Assembly: GCF_009914755.1 (NCBI RefSeq)
Contig: NC_060942.1
Source: the human T2T-CHM13v2.0 reference genome, Homo sapiens
DNA: 64,000 nt
Strand: one strand, 5' to 3'
In this document: piece after piece, positions 11,987-24,860 of the stretch
Layout: each line of letters opens with the position of its first letter
How positions within the stretch are numbered: the first letter of the stretch is position 1
Notes under the pieces: model-generated
Databases searched by the model: none
Told to the model about the DNA's origin: nothing
Seen by the model: the letters and a program-made list of their open reading frames with translations, nothing else
Position numbers and translations under genes: made by a program

Positions 11987-11998
11987 GGTGACGTCACC
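11987..11998. promoter_or_regulatory. Full CRE/ATF site (TGACGTCA) within the 12-bp palindrome GGTGACGTCACC
   Basis: Exact consensus, just upstream of the putative exon 1. Confidence 0.65.
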
Positions 11999-14539
11999 GT
12001 CTCCCTGACACTCCACATTAAAGGGCTGGCATGTTACAGGGAGGGAGGGGGAGAGCGAAAGCCAGCGCGAGCAACAGAGAGATCCTTTCTCAGCAGGCAC
12101 GAAAGCTACCAACCTAACCAACTCGCAATTGACAACAACCTCCTCAGCCCCGGAGTAAACTGCAGCAATGGTGCTGGAGCCGCAGATCTGATTTAGGAGT
12201 GGAAAGCGAACAGTCTGCCTGCATCCCGGGACCTAGATCCTGGAGGCCCCGGATTCTAGAAGGACGCCTCCAAATTAACTATATCCCTGACCGTTATTGT
12301 CTCCTCCCCTCATTTCTGAGTCACCCTCCTTCATGAATGATCCCTCTGGTACAGGATGCAAAGCTGCTCTGTGTCTGAAGACAGAATCCACAGTCAGCTG
12401 GAGAATAAATTAGCTTCAGTGACTCCTTTGAAACGCTATGAAATGAGAAAAAGGAGAGAAGTTTCCACATAGGGTGCCCAATCAGAAAACTTGGAGTGCC
12501 CCGACTTTTGCATATACATTTGCTTTATAGGACAAGATGCAGAGTCACTGCAGCCTTCTCTATTTTATGGAGTGTACAATTAGGTGAGGACCCCAATATG
12601 TGCATATGCACATCGATTTATCAAACTTCATTCAGAATCGTCCTCTAACCCATTTTACAAGATCCGTAAGGCTACCTCTACACAAGGAAAGGGTGGGGCA
12701 GGGAAGCAGGGAGGTCCCCCACATGGAAGAGTCCTTCAGCAAGTTGCCAATTTTCCTGGAGAAATAAATAAATTTAATCAGGAAAACATGTAGAAGCATG
12801 ATCTCCTCCCCTAAAATAAAGACTAGGATGAGAAAACATTTCCTCACAGTTTCCCTAAATGAGGCGCACCCTAGTGTATTAATGAAGTGTCAATATAGTG
12901 CGTCCCAATTGACCAGCTGTTAAGAGTCAAAACGACCACTGGCTAGTTTATCGGAAAGGAAAGAAACCACTTATTTGGAGTATGTTCTAAGAAGGATGCC
13001 GGCTGGGGTGGGGCTGGGAAATCCTTTAAGTTTTTCCTTTACTACCATAGCTGAATTTTCAATTGCTGCCTAGTGAAACAGTCCTAGCATTGTGGAAATG
13101 ATGGAAAAACATCTACCAAGCTGAAAGCCCACCCAGATTGTGTCATAGCACCAACAACATACCACTCCTAAATACAAGAGCAAAAATGTGAAATCTTAAC
13201 CTTCATCAAAGGTTAATAAACCCAAGGAAAGTCAATTGAACAGAAACGTGAGGGGCTTGTTGCTCAGGAGTTGTGTCTATTTTAAATTAATATCCTGAAA
13301 ACACAGTTACAGAGACATGAAAATCGAAACGTTTGGGCATAAGTTTCAACGGGCAATGAAAGAATTTTTCACCCATCTTCTAGTTTCTAAAGACATTCAA
13401 GGCACAAATTGGGCTTTATCCTAAGGGGCTGAAATCAACCTAGTGCTCCCCCGCCAATACCCCAAAGCCTCCCATCCTAAAAAGAAGGAAAACTCACACT
13501 TTCTGCCTACCCAGCCCATTGGCCAAAAGCGCGCCATTGTCATTCACAAATCCCTTCTCTCTGAGGCCGAAGGCTCAGTGCTCTTTAGAAGGTTTCAGGG
13601 CTAAGCTGGTTCTTTTCCCCTCCTCTGCCTCCTCTCTGGGGTCAGGGGCTCCCACAAAGGGAAACGTTCCCAGTTCCCAGACTGCCAGGAAGAAATCTTG
13701 AGCCACGTGGAAACGAACCCTGGAAATGGGGCTGATTTTACGACTGAGAGCGGGAAGAAAGGAGAAGTCCTATCACCTCTCTAACTACCACAGGGAAATA
13801 TCTGGTTGCTGCCGGGGAGGGAGAACTACGAGGTCTTCACTTTTGATTGTACAGTTCCCATTGTTACCCCACAAAGCTCCTCTTCCTCTTACAGATCCCT
13901 ATCTTTTAAAAAAGAGTGTCTTCAAAAACAGATTTATTTGACAAGAGAAATGGGCTGAATCTTTGCCTTCCCTCCCATTCCAGGTTACCCTGAGGACTGA
14001 ATCCACATCTGGGTGGCACCTGTAGCCACTTCCTTACCTGAATTTTAAAACAGAAACATTTACAAATTACTTTTGGGCTTACTGCCTACAAGCCTTAACT
14101 TTCTTCCCCAGTGCCCTCCCACCCTACAGGACAAACAGGATACACAACTTTAATAGAAAAAGGTTTCATTGGAAGGAAAAATGAGTGGTATTAGGTTAAA
14201 TAATTTTACACAATTCTAAGAATAGTTCAGTGTTTTATTTCCCCTATGAGTCTAGGGTGCCTGTTTAAAAAGTCAGGTCAATTATATATTTTTGGAAGGT
14301 AAAAGTGGATAACAGTTATTCAAAGACTTCACACTTGCCCCCAGTGAATCCTCATCTTGAGACCAGAGCTGGACTGCAGAATCACAGCCTGTTGGTATAT
14401 TTTGAGTCTGCGAGCAACCTTCTGCCACCCACTGTCTCTGTGACCCTTTGTTTTCTCCTCAGTTTGAACAAGTCTCCTGCTGGTCCTCTGTGGAGTCCTT
14501 GTCAGTCCCTGTTCTGGCCCCTGGGACACTGGCAGGCTC

Positions 14540-15200
14540 AGGGAGGAGTCGACGGTGGCGAGAGGAGGCTGGTCGAGCCCGAGTTAATCAATGCTTTCCT
14601 CTTCGAGCTGACATGCATTTTACACGTCAGGACTCTCCTCAGCCGGCTAATTGATTCAAATTGTTTTATTGGTTAAACTGGTGTCACCCATTTTCATGAT
14701 CTATCACCACATGGAGGAGAGCATTTCCACTCCCATCTCCGTTCCGGGCGGCTGCGGTTCACCCAGGCCAAGGACAGGTAAAGGAGCCCAGACGCGGGAC
14801 CCAGAGGAAAACCACAAACCGAGCTGGCCTCCTCATAACTGGAGAGGCGACGTCTGGAAGTAAGAGGAGGAGGCCGGCACAGCAGCGCATATGGGCTTCC
14901 AGCTACAAATTTAAACTGGTTGAAGAGAACCCACGCTCAGCCGGGCCTGGGCCCAGTTTCCTCCACCTGGGACACAGTCGGTTTCCGAGCCGGCGTTGAA
15001 CTCCGCGGTATAGGAGGCCACAACAAAACCCGGGTGGGAACTGTCCGCGGTGCTGACGAGATGCATCGTTCCAAAGCACAGCGAATCCTACTGTGTTCAA
15101 GTCGGGAAGAAGCCTCCCAGCATGTAATTGAGCCCTAGATTCGGCTCTGGGCGGGCTCGAGCAGAGCCTCATAGTCTTAAGAGGCGGGCAAGGTGCAACA
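14540..15200. promoter_or_regulatory. Small CpG-rich upstream region with a TAAT/ATTGAT motif cluster at ~14580-14680
   Basis: Raised CpG content; contains gagttaatcaatg and gctaattgattcaaattg. Confidence 0.45.
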
Positions 15201-15659
15201 CAGAACCACACCCCCTACTTCTCCCACACTTGCCCCATCTCCAAGGACTGAGCAATCCAGATCTCTCAACCCCACCCCCTTCCTTGCATTGACAGCAAAG
15301 AAAATAAAAGCCTGGACAAAAAATCATTACAATCTGAAACACCAGATATGCCCTCTCTTCCCACTCCCAGTTTGGATGTTAAGGAACGCATGACCGTTAC
15401 AGATCAGAAAAACAGCCTCTATCCTTCTCTCCCACTCCCTCTTACCCCATTCTCAGCTCTTAGGCAGAAATCTTACTGCTCCCGTCTCCCTGATAGAAGT
15501 GTCCCTGGCATTGGTATTTCTGCATCAAATAGGGCAAGAAATGATTTCTCTGTTAGTCCCAAGCCTGCAAAAGTTGACCCATATGGCCCAGAAAGAAACT
15601 GGGAGACTGGCAGTACTGGAAGGGGCAGAAGAATTCTGGTATATTAGAAAGAACCGGAG

Positions 15660-15872
15660 ATTCAGAATCAGATGAAACTGAGTACAAATTTCTCCTCAAT
15701 CACTGACTAGCTGTGGAATCTTGCTCAGATACCTCACCTCCCCAAGCCCCTGTTTCTTCATTTGCAAAATGAGGAGATTGATAGGTAGCCCACAGGGGTG
15801 TCGTGAGAATTAAGTAAGATCATATATGCAAAGTGCATGGCACACAGTAGTCATTTAATACACGGTAGTTTT
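15660..15872 (+). mobile_element. MIR SINE
   Basis: ctagctgtg...ctgtttcttcatttgcaaaatgagg...gtgagaattaagtaag...ggcacacagtag matches the MIR core. Confidence 0.75.
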
Positions 15873-18800
15873 AAAAGCATTTTCCTCAGAGAATGGGGAC
15901 AAGAGCTAGTACTGTCCTGTTACAAGATACATTAGAAATCTTTAATAGCTCCAGAATAAAAGATATCAAAGGCACTTTACCTTAGTGGTGAGCAGAGAGG
16001 GAACCAAGTTCTCTGGAGGAACATTAGTCCTTTTGTTAAAATTTTATCTGGCCTTTAATTGGTCTAGTCTTTATTTTATATACAGTTGGCCAGAACCCCA
16101 GCTAGCATTTGTTTAACCCATTGTAAGTAGATTGACAATAAAGATTAGCAATGATAATGGCCATAATGATAACGATTGCTGATAACCCTCAGCTCTCACT
16201 TTCTACCCTAAAAACCTTTCTGCAGCCGGGCTCAGACTCCCTGGTTTTCCGTTTATTGCCCCAGCTGTGGTTGCATGGAACAAACCAGGGACTAGGAGCA
16301 AACTAAAGATTTATTCATGGCGGAAGTCACAGGATGAACTAGAAAGGGCTCCGAGCATCCTGGGGCTAACTCAATCTTTGAATCTTCTCTGAAATATTGT
16401 TTATAAACAAGGGCCCAGTCCAAGAGAAGTACAGCGAGAGCACAGACCAAATATTCTAAACTGGAATTGGGAAGGGAAACTGAGCATACTTTGCAGGACC
16501 GGTATTCCTGCCCCAGTGATCCCTTGAGTTCTTCATGCACCAGTGACTATGGGAATCAGTGAGCTCTTACACTTCAAACAAGCACCTTTTAAAGAAATAG
16601 TGATGGTGGGAGGAGAAACTGAGACTCGATTGTCCTTAATCAGAGGAAATCTTTGTCACAAAAAAGCTTGCTTTTGGGTAAGTGGCAGAGAAGAGTCTTA
16701 ACCTCCTTACCCTTAGTTCACAGGGACTAACTGAAACAGTTGCTATTGGCCTTTCTTTATTGTAAGAGAGAACACCTATAAGTCCTCCCAAACCTGTAAA
16801 CACAGCAAGGCACACATGTGCACATCGTTTCCATGAAGTAATAATATTCAGAATGGAAGATGAAGTTGGTGAACTTGGTGGTCACTTAGCAAATATTAGT
16901 TGAACAAGATAAAATTCAAAGGCACACAAAATACCTGAGGATACACACAGACCCATGGATGCACACTCCCTGAACACACCTGTGAATATGCATCTAAGAA
17001 AAACACTGGCACAGGGAATAAGCCCACTAGGCTCTCTCGCTTTTCTCTTTTCTCCTTTCTCTCTCTCTCTCACTCTCTCTGTCTCTTTGCACGTATACAC
17101 ATATGTACCCGCCCTCTCCACCCACCTCCTCCCCATATAGGGAAGGAGGGGGTCCTTTGAAATGGAGGTGGTCCCAGCTGGAAAACCCCGGAGCTCATTT
17201 AGATCACATCACTTCAGGCTTTTGTCTCTGCTCCTGAATAACCTAGGCTGCTACAACAAAAGGATAAGGCATCTACATGGAGTTTTCATTGGCAAAGATG
17301 CATCTCAAAGATGCTGCTATAATAATGAATAACAAGGCAAGATGCTTGCCTTTTCTGATTGTCACTCCTAAAGAAGGGAGAGGAGAAAAAAGGAGAAGGG
17401 AAGAGGGAGAAAGTGGAGTAGGAAATTGGATTGGGGAAGATGAAACCACAGCAAGTATTTGGTTGCATTTCTGCAAAAGAGTCTTTAATCATACAAAGAC
17501 TCCAACTACCACTAAGTATGAGACATGAGGCCTAGGGCTTATTTTATTTTACAACTGGCTATTTTGTTTCAAACAACCAGTTTAAGAAGTAAATAAAACT
17601 GAGGATGCAGAGAGGGTGTGGAGAGCAGGACCCTTTAAAGCTTGGGGAGGGGAAGCAAAGGAGTGGGAGTAGGGGGAGGGGTTGTAGATTGTAGTTGACA
17701 TGTCACGAGAGAGATGTACATTTACCATCTCCCCAGCTGACACTGGTGGAAGGAACATTGGATTTTATTTCCTAAGGAAATAAAGGCTTTCTTTTTCCCT
17801 TTCCTACTGTTTTCTCTATCTTACCCTCCCCCATCATTCAACTCATCTGAAAAATTTCTACTTTTCCATCAAGCTTGATCCCATTACCTAATGCACTATT
17901 AAACTATCTTGTGTTCTCTGACTGCCCAATAAGCATAATGCCTTCTGCTTCTCTCCTGCCTGCACACTTTAACTCAGTGGTAGCAAAAGATAAAATTAGA
18001 TGTTAGCAAAATAAATCCCAGGGAAGAGGGTGATAGAAATCTGAGTCATTGATTTTTTTTTTTTTTCTTGAAAATACAGCAACCAGTCAATATGCAGAGA
18101 GAATGTTGGGAGACATTTTCTATTTTGGTGTATTTAAAAGTTATTTTTTAAGCAAAAAAAAATTAAAAAAAAAGGCTTTCTGTCATGGAGCTTAAGGGGT
18201 TCCAAGTGAAAGTGCAGCTAAACAGACCAAAGACAATACCATCCCAAACTTCTTCAAGACACATTATGATATCATCAGCAAACTCTTAATGTTGGCAAAT
18301 AATTAAATTTTCTATCTTTTAGAACTGTGTAACCTTGGGTGTCTTAGAAACAAATTGTACAAACAAACCATGGAGATGAGCACTGAGGGTTTCAGAAGAG
18401 ATATAATGAACCAACTTTAATTACTAACTTGAAATTAAAAATGTAATATACAGATTTAAATTTATTTTCACCTAAATTGTGTATAAAATTATATGGCTTT
18501 TGCAGGCTAAGAAATGCTTTGTAACCAGCCATGCTACTAAAAAGTCTGAAGTAGTTTCCAAAACTGAGTTCCCAGACTCACACAGTAATAATGATACATT
18601 TATCATTACTGATGATCACCTACTGGGTAATTATTGCTTTGTTACTACTATTACAATCAAGAGATTTCTTTATTTACTGTTAACATTCACTTAAAACTGA
18701 ATGTTAATGACTGTTCTGAATTCACCAAAGAGAGTTTTCTGTTATATTTCAGAAGTACTTACGTCCTGGTTCAGAAATGGAAAACCATATCATAACAGAG

Positions 18801-20329
18801 TGGAAGGCTGGGTGAGCACTTGGTTCTCACCCTCTCTTGAGAATGAAAACAGTATTCTGAGGATTTCTGGAGCAAAATTTTCCAGCTCAGAGTTGCAAAA
18901 GGTTAACATAATGCAGCCACTTGACTTGTGCTAATTATGTAAGTATTTTATTACAGGAGATTCATTCATTATTGATGCTTGTTTGCAGTAACTTCCTGCT
19001 TGGGGGAGTTATATTTTATATGAGAAGTAAACAACCTATGGCTCCAGGGCTAGCCTCCTCCTCATCTGATTTCCTCCTACCCCTTTGTCTAGTTTCACAA
19101 CAATCCTCCTGGGTTGGTATGTCCCTACTGAGGCAGAGAGACAATTCCCTAAGAATTTCCTCTTCTCCCTCCATTTTCTTTTCCCATTCAGAACTTCCTT
19201 GTTCTTAAAAGGTAGAGCTCAGAGTATGGAAGTGTTGAGGTGGGGAGGAGGTAGGCGAGAAAATAAAACTGTTTGGCCACAAATTTTTCTCTTTGGAAGC
19301 TACTCTCAGCTCTTAGCCCAGAAATATCAGAAGTCAGTCTGGCCTTTGGTATACCCAGAGGTTAGGAGATGGTCATTTTGGAAGTGGACATGGTGGATGC
19401 TGTTGACCAATGGTCAAGCTCAGAAAGAGGCTCCTTCCTATCCCCTAAGTCAGAACCTCATCTCAGAGCTATTGGTGGTTGGTGCAGTCTACAATATCTT
19501 CTTCCCTGGGCCAATGCCCTGGGAAGATACGGCCCTATGCCCAGTTGCACTAGGAAAAGACATCGCTTTGCTGTGGGATGGCCTCCATGAGCCCCTGTGA
19601 AGGACTGTGTTGGCTGCTTGGCCAAGGGGCTCTCAGGAGTTTCACTCTAAAAACATGTACTGGCCATCTGAGGCGGTCTATTTGGTGGGAGGCCAGTGTT
19701 TCCTAGAGAAGCCAAAAGGCCCTGGCATAGGCCTGCAGCCTAGGAGGAAGGGTTTCTTCTTGGGCTTTCTTCCAAGTTCTGAGATCCCTGCTCACGAGTC
19801 CCAGTTCAGAGCTGGGATGGATATAAGATGTGAGTTCAGCATGCTCCAGACCCTTAGACGAAGTTAGAAATTGGAGATGGTAGAAGGGCAGTGGGAGAGG
19901 GTGAAGCAGTTTGGGGGGGTGGTGGGGGACACTGTAAAGACTGTGTTCTTGAAGGTTCTGATGTGAGCAGGTGGGAATGAATACGATGGAAACTGAAGTC
20001 TCAAGGCGTTGGACCAGTGTGAAAAGAATGAAATGGTATGGTCTGAGATGGGGTGAGGAGAGCTTTGGGGAGGTGCATGCAAATTAGTTGGAATTGGGCA
20101 AGTCTTGCCACAGTCCTAAGCAGCACCGTCAGAGCTCAAAACCCAGATTCAGCCCTGGGCCTCTACTATCTAGCCTAGAACTTCTGCACTTTGGGGGTAG
20201 ACATGGGGATGGGGTGATGACCCAAGGTCCCAGGGGGCTCTGGGAAGAGCCCTGGGTTGGTGTGAGAGGATGGTGAGAGTACAAGATTGGGTCCAGAAAG
20301 GCTGCCCTGGGCTTGGTCAGCACAATCTT

Positions 20330-23300
20330 CGCTCTCCTGGGCGCATCGCTTCTCTGCTTTTACCCCTCGCCAGGGTGGAACCGCTCTGGGTGATCTAGGA
20401 GGAATGCCGTTCCCAGCAAGCCGTCCTTAATGGTCCTTTAACAAACTCTTCGATCTCTCTTTGGCCGCTCTGGCTCTCGCTCGCCTCCTCCCTCTTCCCT
20501 TCTCCACTGCCTCTATCAGTTATTTATGAGCAGCGTTAATTATTCACGAAAAGAGAAAACTCCAGCTTTGGGAACTTTTCTAGGAGACGTTTGGGGGGTT
20601 TCTCTCTTTCCCACCCCTATGGCGGTTTGAGAATTGGGGTCTTCGGGGAGTCTATTTGGCCGGATCCTGCTTTGAAGCAGTGGGGAAAGGGAAGCCCAGT
20701 GGTTGGGCCGGAGACGGGGCTAGGGGTGCACCCCTCGTCCCGGTCAGCTCTTGCGGCTGCCTACGTTCCTTCACCTGCCAGGACGGGGAAGTTACTAGGC
20801 TCGCCCGCGGGAGTCGCTGTCCGAGCTTGGCAGTGCTGAAACCGCCGGCGTGAGCTAGGGAGCTGCGGGCTGCGGAGGTTCAGGGGCAAAAATCTGGATG
20901 CTGTCCTAAGCTAGGGAGCCGCTTTCCACAGCGTCTCCAAAAAGTCTAGTTTGCCTTCTCTCCCTAGCTCTCTTCATATCCCCCCCAACCCCCCGCCCAC
21001 AAGTGACACCAGAACGTTGTAACCAAAAATTAATTGCCTTAATCAAATCGACCCACCTTCTGCAATTAATCTTTTAGCAACAAATTAGAGACAATTTACC
21101 TCAACCTCCCGGGTCAGGCGGAGATAGGTGGGATGGGGTGGGGGATGGTCAGGGTGGGAGACTCTGACAAAATTTACAAATGGTGCGGAATGGGGACTTC
21201 GGAATGGGTGTGCGTTTGAAGTGGAGGGGAGGGAGGAGGTCGAGGTCAGCTGCTGGGCTGTGCCGGGGGCTAGAAATTCCTGGAGTCCCTTTGGTCCCCG
21301 TATTCTCCAAAGGAAGGGAGGCCGAGGGCGGAGGACGAAGCCACTTACCTGTCCGCGCCGCCCGCGCGGTCTCCGGCCCCCTGCGCGAGGTCCTCCCTCC
21401 TGCCTCGCGCTCCGCGGCTCCTCCGCGCTCTGCCTCCCGCGGCGCCTGCCGCCTCCCCTGCGCGGATCAGCCGCCGCCGCCCGCCGCCCGCCGTCCTCTG
21501 CGTTCCTGCTCGCGATCCGGCCCTTCGCCGCGACCCTGTCCTGTCCCACCCCTCCCCTTCTCGGCGGTTCCTGCAGCGGCTCAGCTCTTCCTACTCTCCT
21601 CCTGGGCAAGTTTGTAAGTTTAGGGTGAGGGTCGGTCTCTCCTCGCGCCCTGCTTCTCGGCTTAGCTTGCTCAGATCCGCACCCCCCCACTCCCCACCTC
21701 AGACCTGGGTCTCTGACGCCGCCTGTTGGTCAGGCAGGGCAGGGCGAGGAGCGCAGCGCCAGCCCCAGCCCCATCACCCCACCCTTCACCCCTCCATGCC
21801 CAGTGGTCGAAGGAGGACAGATATGAGGCGAGGGCTGGAGGCCTAGTAATTGAAGTAGGACCAGGGGCAGGAGGGAGCAATCCGCCCTGGGGGCGCGCAG
21901 CCTGGGCCGGCAGCTTGAACTCCCTTGCCAGAAGGGTTGTCCCAGGACGCGCAGGTGCGCTTCTCCTGTGCCGCCCTAGGGCAGTCCACTAGGAGGGGGC
22001 ACCATTTCCACACTTTCCCGGGGAACGACCACCTGAGGTGAGATGAGAACCTATTGTGCGTCTCCAGGAGGGGAGCTGGGAAGATTGGATACGGAAGACT
22101 GAGCCCTTCTCAGCATCTCCAGGAAGGAAAGCTTTAGGGCCAAACATAGGCTGCTTAAAAAAAAAAAAAAAAAAAAAAAAGTTAGTCGAATCCATCTCAT
22201 AACGAAGTGTCAGACTGCGTGTCAGGGAGACCGCGGGCCAGGGGTTCCAGTTGGAGCCCAGCGTTCCAGGAGGGGATGAAGACCGAGTTCGGTAAAACAG
22301 CGTGGTATTACAAAGTTTGCCTTTCAGGCTCCGGCCTAGCTCCTTCCTTGGCAACTTTCCAAGTGCCGGCAACCCTCACTGGATCATCCTACCCTTGGAA
22401 CTTCTTGGGAAGCCTCGGTTTAGCCTTGGGTCCACCAAGACTTCGGCGAAATGGAGGCGTTCCATCCCCCTCCCCATCCTCGTCCTGTCTTTTTCATTGA
22501 AAGAACTGATGGACTGTTTCTGCCCTGCTCCCTCCTTCTCTCATAAACGCTTCCCATAGATTATTCGACACAGAGAAGGAAGGCGGCTGCTTAAAAAACA
22601 AAAAGCCATAGCCCTAATGAGTTCAATTACAATGTGGTAAACACATTGCCTCTACGCTTTAATTAAGCCTGCTGCCCAATTTTAACTCATTAGTAATTCA
22701 TTAAGAGAACAGCCCCGTGCTGGCTGGTGGAAGGCACCGCAGACCGACTGTGCACGAAGTCCACACGCGCGCAGACCGCCGCCGGCCCTCGCCTTGCGCG
22801 TGAGCGAGTCAGGTTTGCGACCCAGTGGCGTTGTTCTAGTCCAACAAGACTAGAACCCCCGCTCTGCCAGACACACTGGGCTTTGCAGGTCCAAGCTCCC
22901 GGGATAACCTTTCCCGGCTTGAGTCCCTCGGGCTTGAAACGTGGTTTAGCAAACCTGTTGGGTGGGGTGGCGGTGGTGTGGGGCCGGGCCACAGTTGAGA
23001 AGCAAATCCCCGGGTTAAAAGAGCTTCTCTTGCCTAAGGCCAGATCCAGTCGCCCGGTGTGGCACGTATCCACCCTCCTTCCCTGGTTCTTCTTTCATTT
23101 TGCGACAGTCTCATGAAAAATCTAAGTTCGGCCTTAGCTCTCAGCTCCGGCTACCCTCTGCACGCTCCCCGACCCTGTACCCGGGAGAAGCTTCTGTTCA
23201 AATGAGACTGATTTTTTGCGTGGTGGGGAGGTGAGGGGAGAAGAAAACTGTTGGCTAGAGAGGTGAATATCTGAAGGGAGAGCACAGACCTCTGCTTTTC

Positions 23301-24860
23301 CCTCTTTCTCACTCTTCTCCTCTGCTTGGGAGCGGGGCTGGGGTTAAGGCCACATCTGTAACTATGTCAGTTGAGACCAGCCCTCTGTCAGGAAAAGAAA
23401 TGGAGACAGCGTTGCAGAGCGAATCACTCATGGTCTTTCCATTTCATAATCGAGGGAGACAGCGCAAGCAGGTCAGACTCGACCGGTTCGCTTCCTCCCA
23501 CCCCTAACTTGGCGGGATCTGAGAAGAAAGTTCCCGCATGTTTGAGCGTCCTAGGGCTTGGATAGGACAGACCTCGTAGGTCCCCAAGCTCCAGCTTGGA
23601 GTTCCCAAGGAGAAGGGAAGCGCTAGTGCTATGGAGCGAGGTTTTGGTGAAGAAAAGGGCCTCGCGCCCCCTTAGTGCCGTCGCTCTGGGGAATCTTCTT
23701 TCGCTGGGAGGATGAATGGGGCGCTCGCCGCGGCTCATGGCGCCCCCTAGGAGCGGCAGGAAACTTCTCCTGCAGGGCAGCGCGGGCCGGGCTCCGCCTC
23801 CGGAAGGCGGGCGGGGAGGGTAGTTGCTGGGGGTCCCTAGGCCGGGCCCCAGGACATCTAGGACATGCCGGGGGCTGTTTGCTACGGCTTCATCCCGGAG
23901 CTCCTGCTCGGGGTTGCCGGCTGCCTCTGCTGGCGTCCCTCTTCCCTTCCTTTGCGTAAGCGGCAACTCCTCCAGGAAGCCAGGGGAAGGACGGGATTTC
24001 CTCTCCACGTAGGGTAGTAGATCGCATAGCCCAGCCGGATCGCCCAGCAGGAGTGCAGGGCGCGCGTCGGGGTGTCTCCGGCTTGTGGGTGTGCGGTTCG
24101 AAACCTTAGCTGGGGTGGGGGAAGGGATGTCTTTAACTTTCTGTCTACCGTCCCCCTCTTCCCTCTCTCAGCCTAGAGGCAGGGGATGCTGCGGAATCAG
24201 ACTGGGTGCACCAAGGCGGAGGGCCATGCCGGGCTTCGCCCTTCCTGGGTGTCCCGGAGTCCATTCCGGAGAAACCCTGGCATTGCCAGAACTGGGTCCC
24301 CGCACTCACTCCTCCATAATTCGCGGCGGATCAGCGGGAGGAGGGCAGAGGGCGGGGGCGAGGCAGCTTCCTGGCGGGTGTGGCGCAAAGTGTGCGGGGT
24401 GTGGCGCAAAGTGCGCGGACCCGGGTCCTGGACCGAAGATTTAGCCCAGGGTTTCGTGTGTGTTGCTCCCTGTTGCTTTCTACGGGGTCTGCGCTGGCCT
24501 CCTCCTCGGGCGACTGGGCCCTGAGGCAACAGCGCCTTCTCGAGCCCCGAGGATTGACCGCCCCGAGCCTGCTTGGAGCAGGGCCTCTCTCCAGCGCGGT
24601 GTGATGAAAGTAAGAAAATCGGGCCCCTGCCCCAGGCAATAGGGGAGGCCTAAAATGAAGGGGGCAGCGATGGGGTCGGAAATGCGTGCAAGTTGAGAGT
24701 CTCGCAGGGAACTCATCTCTTGCTCAGGGTTTCCGTGTTTGGAATCCAGTTAGATGTCTGCGGGGGATCTCCAAGGCTCTCATTCCATGAAGGCATTTTT
24801 ATCCACTCTGGGGGAGATGTTGCCAGGGCAGACATTTCGGAAAGGTCCCTCGGGCCCGAT
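20330..24860. promoter_or_regulatory. Large distal CpG island complex (cores at ~21250-21980, 22720-23070 and 23450-24620)
   Basis: Long GC/CpG-rich stretch with no coding exon; has splice donors on both strands. Confidence 0.8.
22157..22180. repeat. A24 mononucleotide tract
   Basis: Direct count; no Alu body attached. Confidence 0.9.

Larger units (their letters stand above)
11550..12270. promoter_or_regulatory. CpG-island proximal promoter of SKOR2
   Basis: Dense CpG/GC sequence around the putative exon 1, including a CRE palindrome. Confidence 0.7.

Noticed and set aside
20121-20140. REST/RE1-like CAGCACC half-site
   Set aside because: The GGACAG right half is absent at canonical spacing.
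22157-22180. A24 tract as the tail of a processed pseudogene
   Set aside because: No upstream polyadenylation signal, TSD or recognisable retrocopy body.
21085-24716. 100-200 aa ORFs in the distal CpG island
   Set aside because: GC artefacts on both strands with no recognisable domain or coding exon structure.
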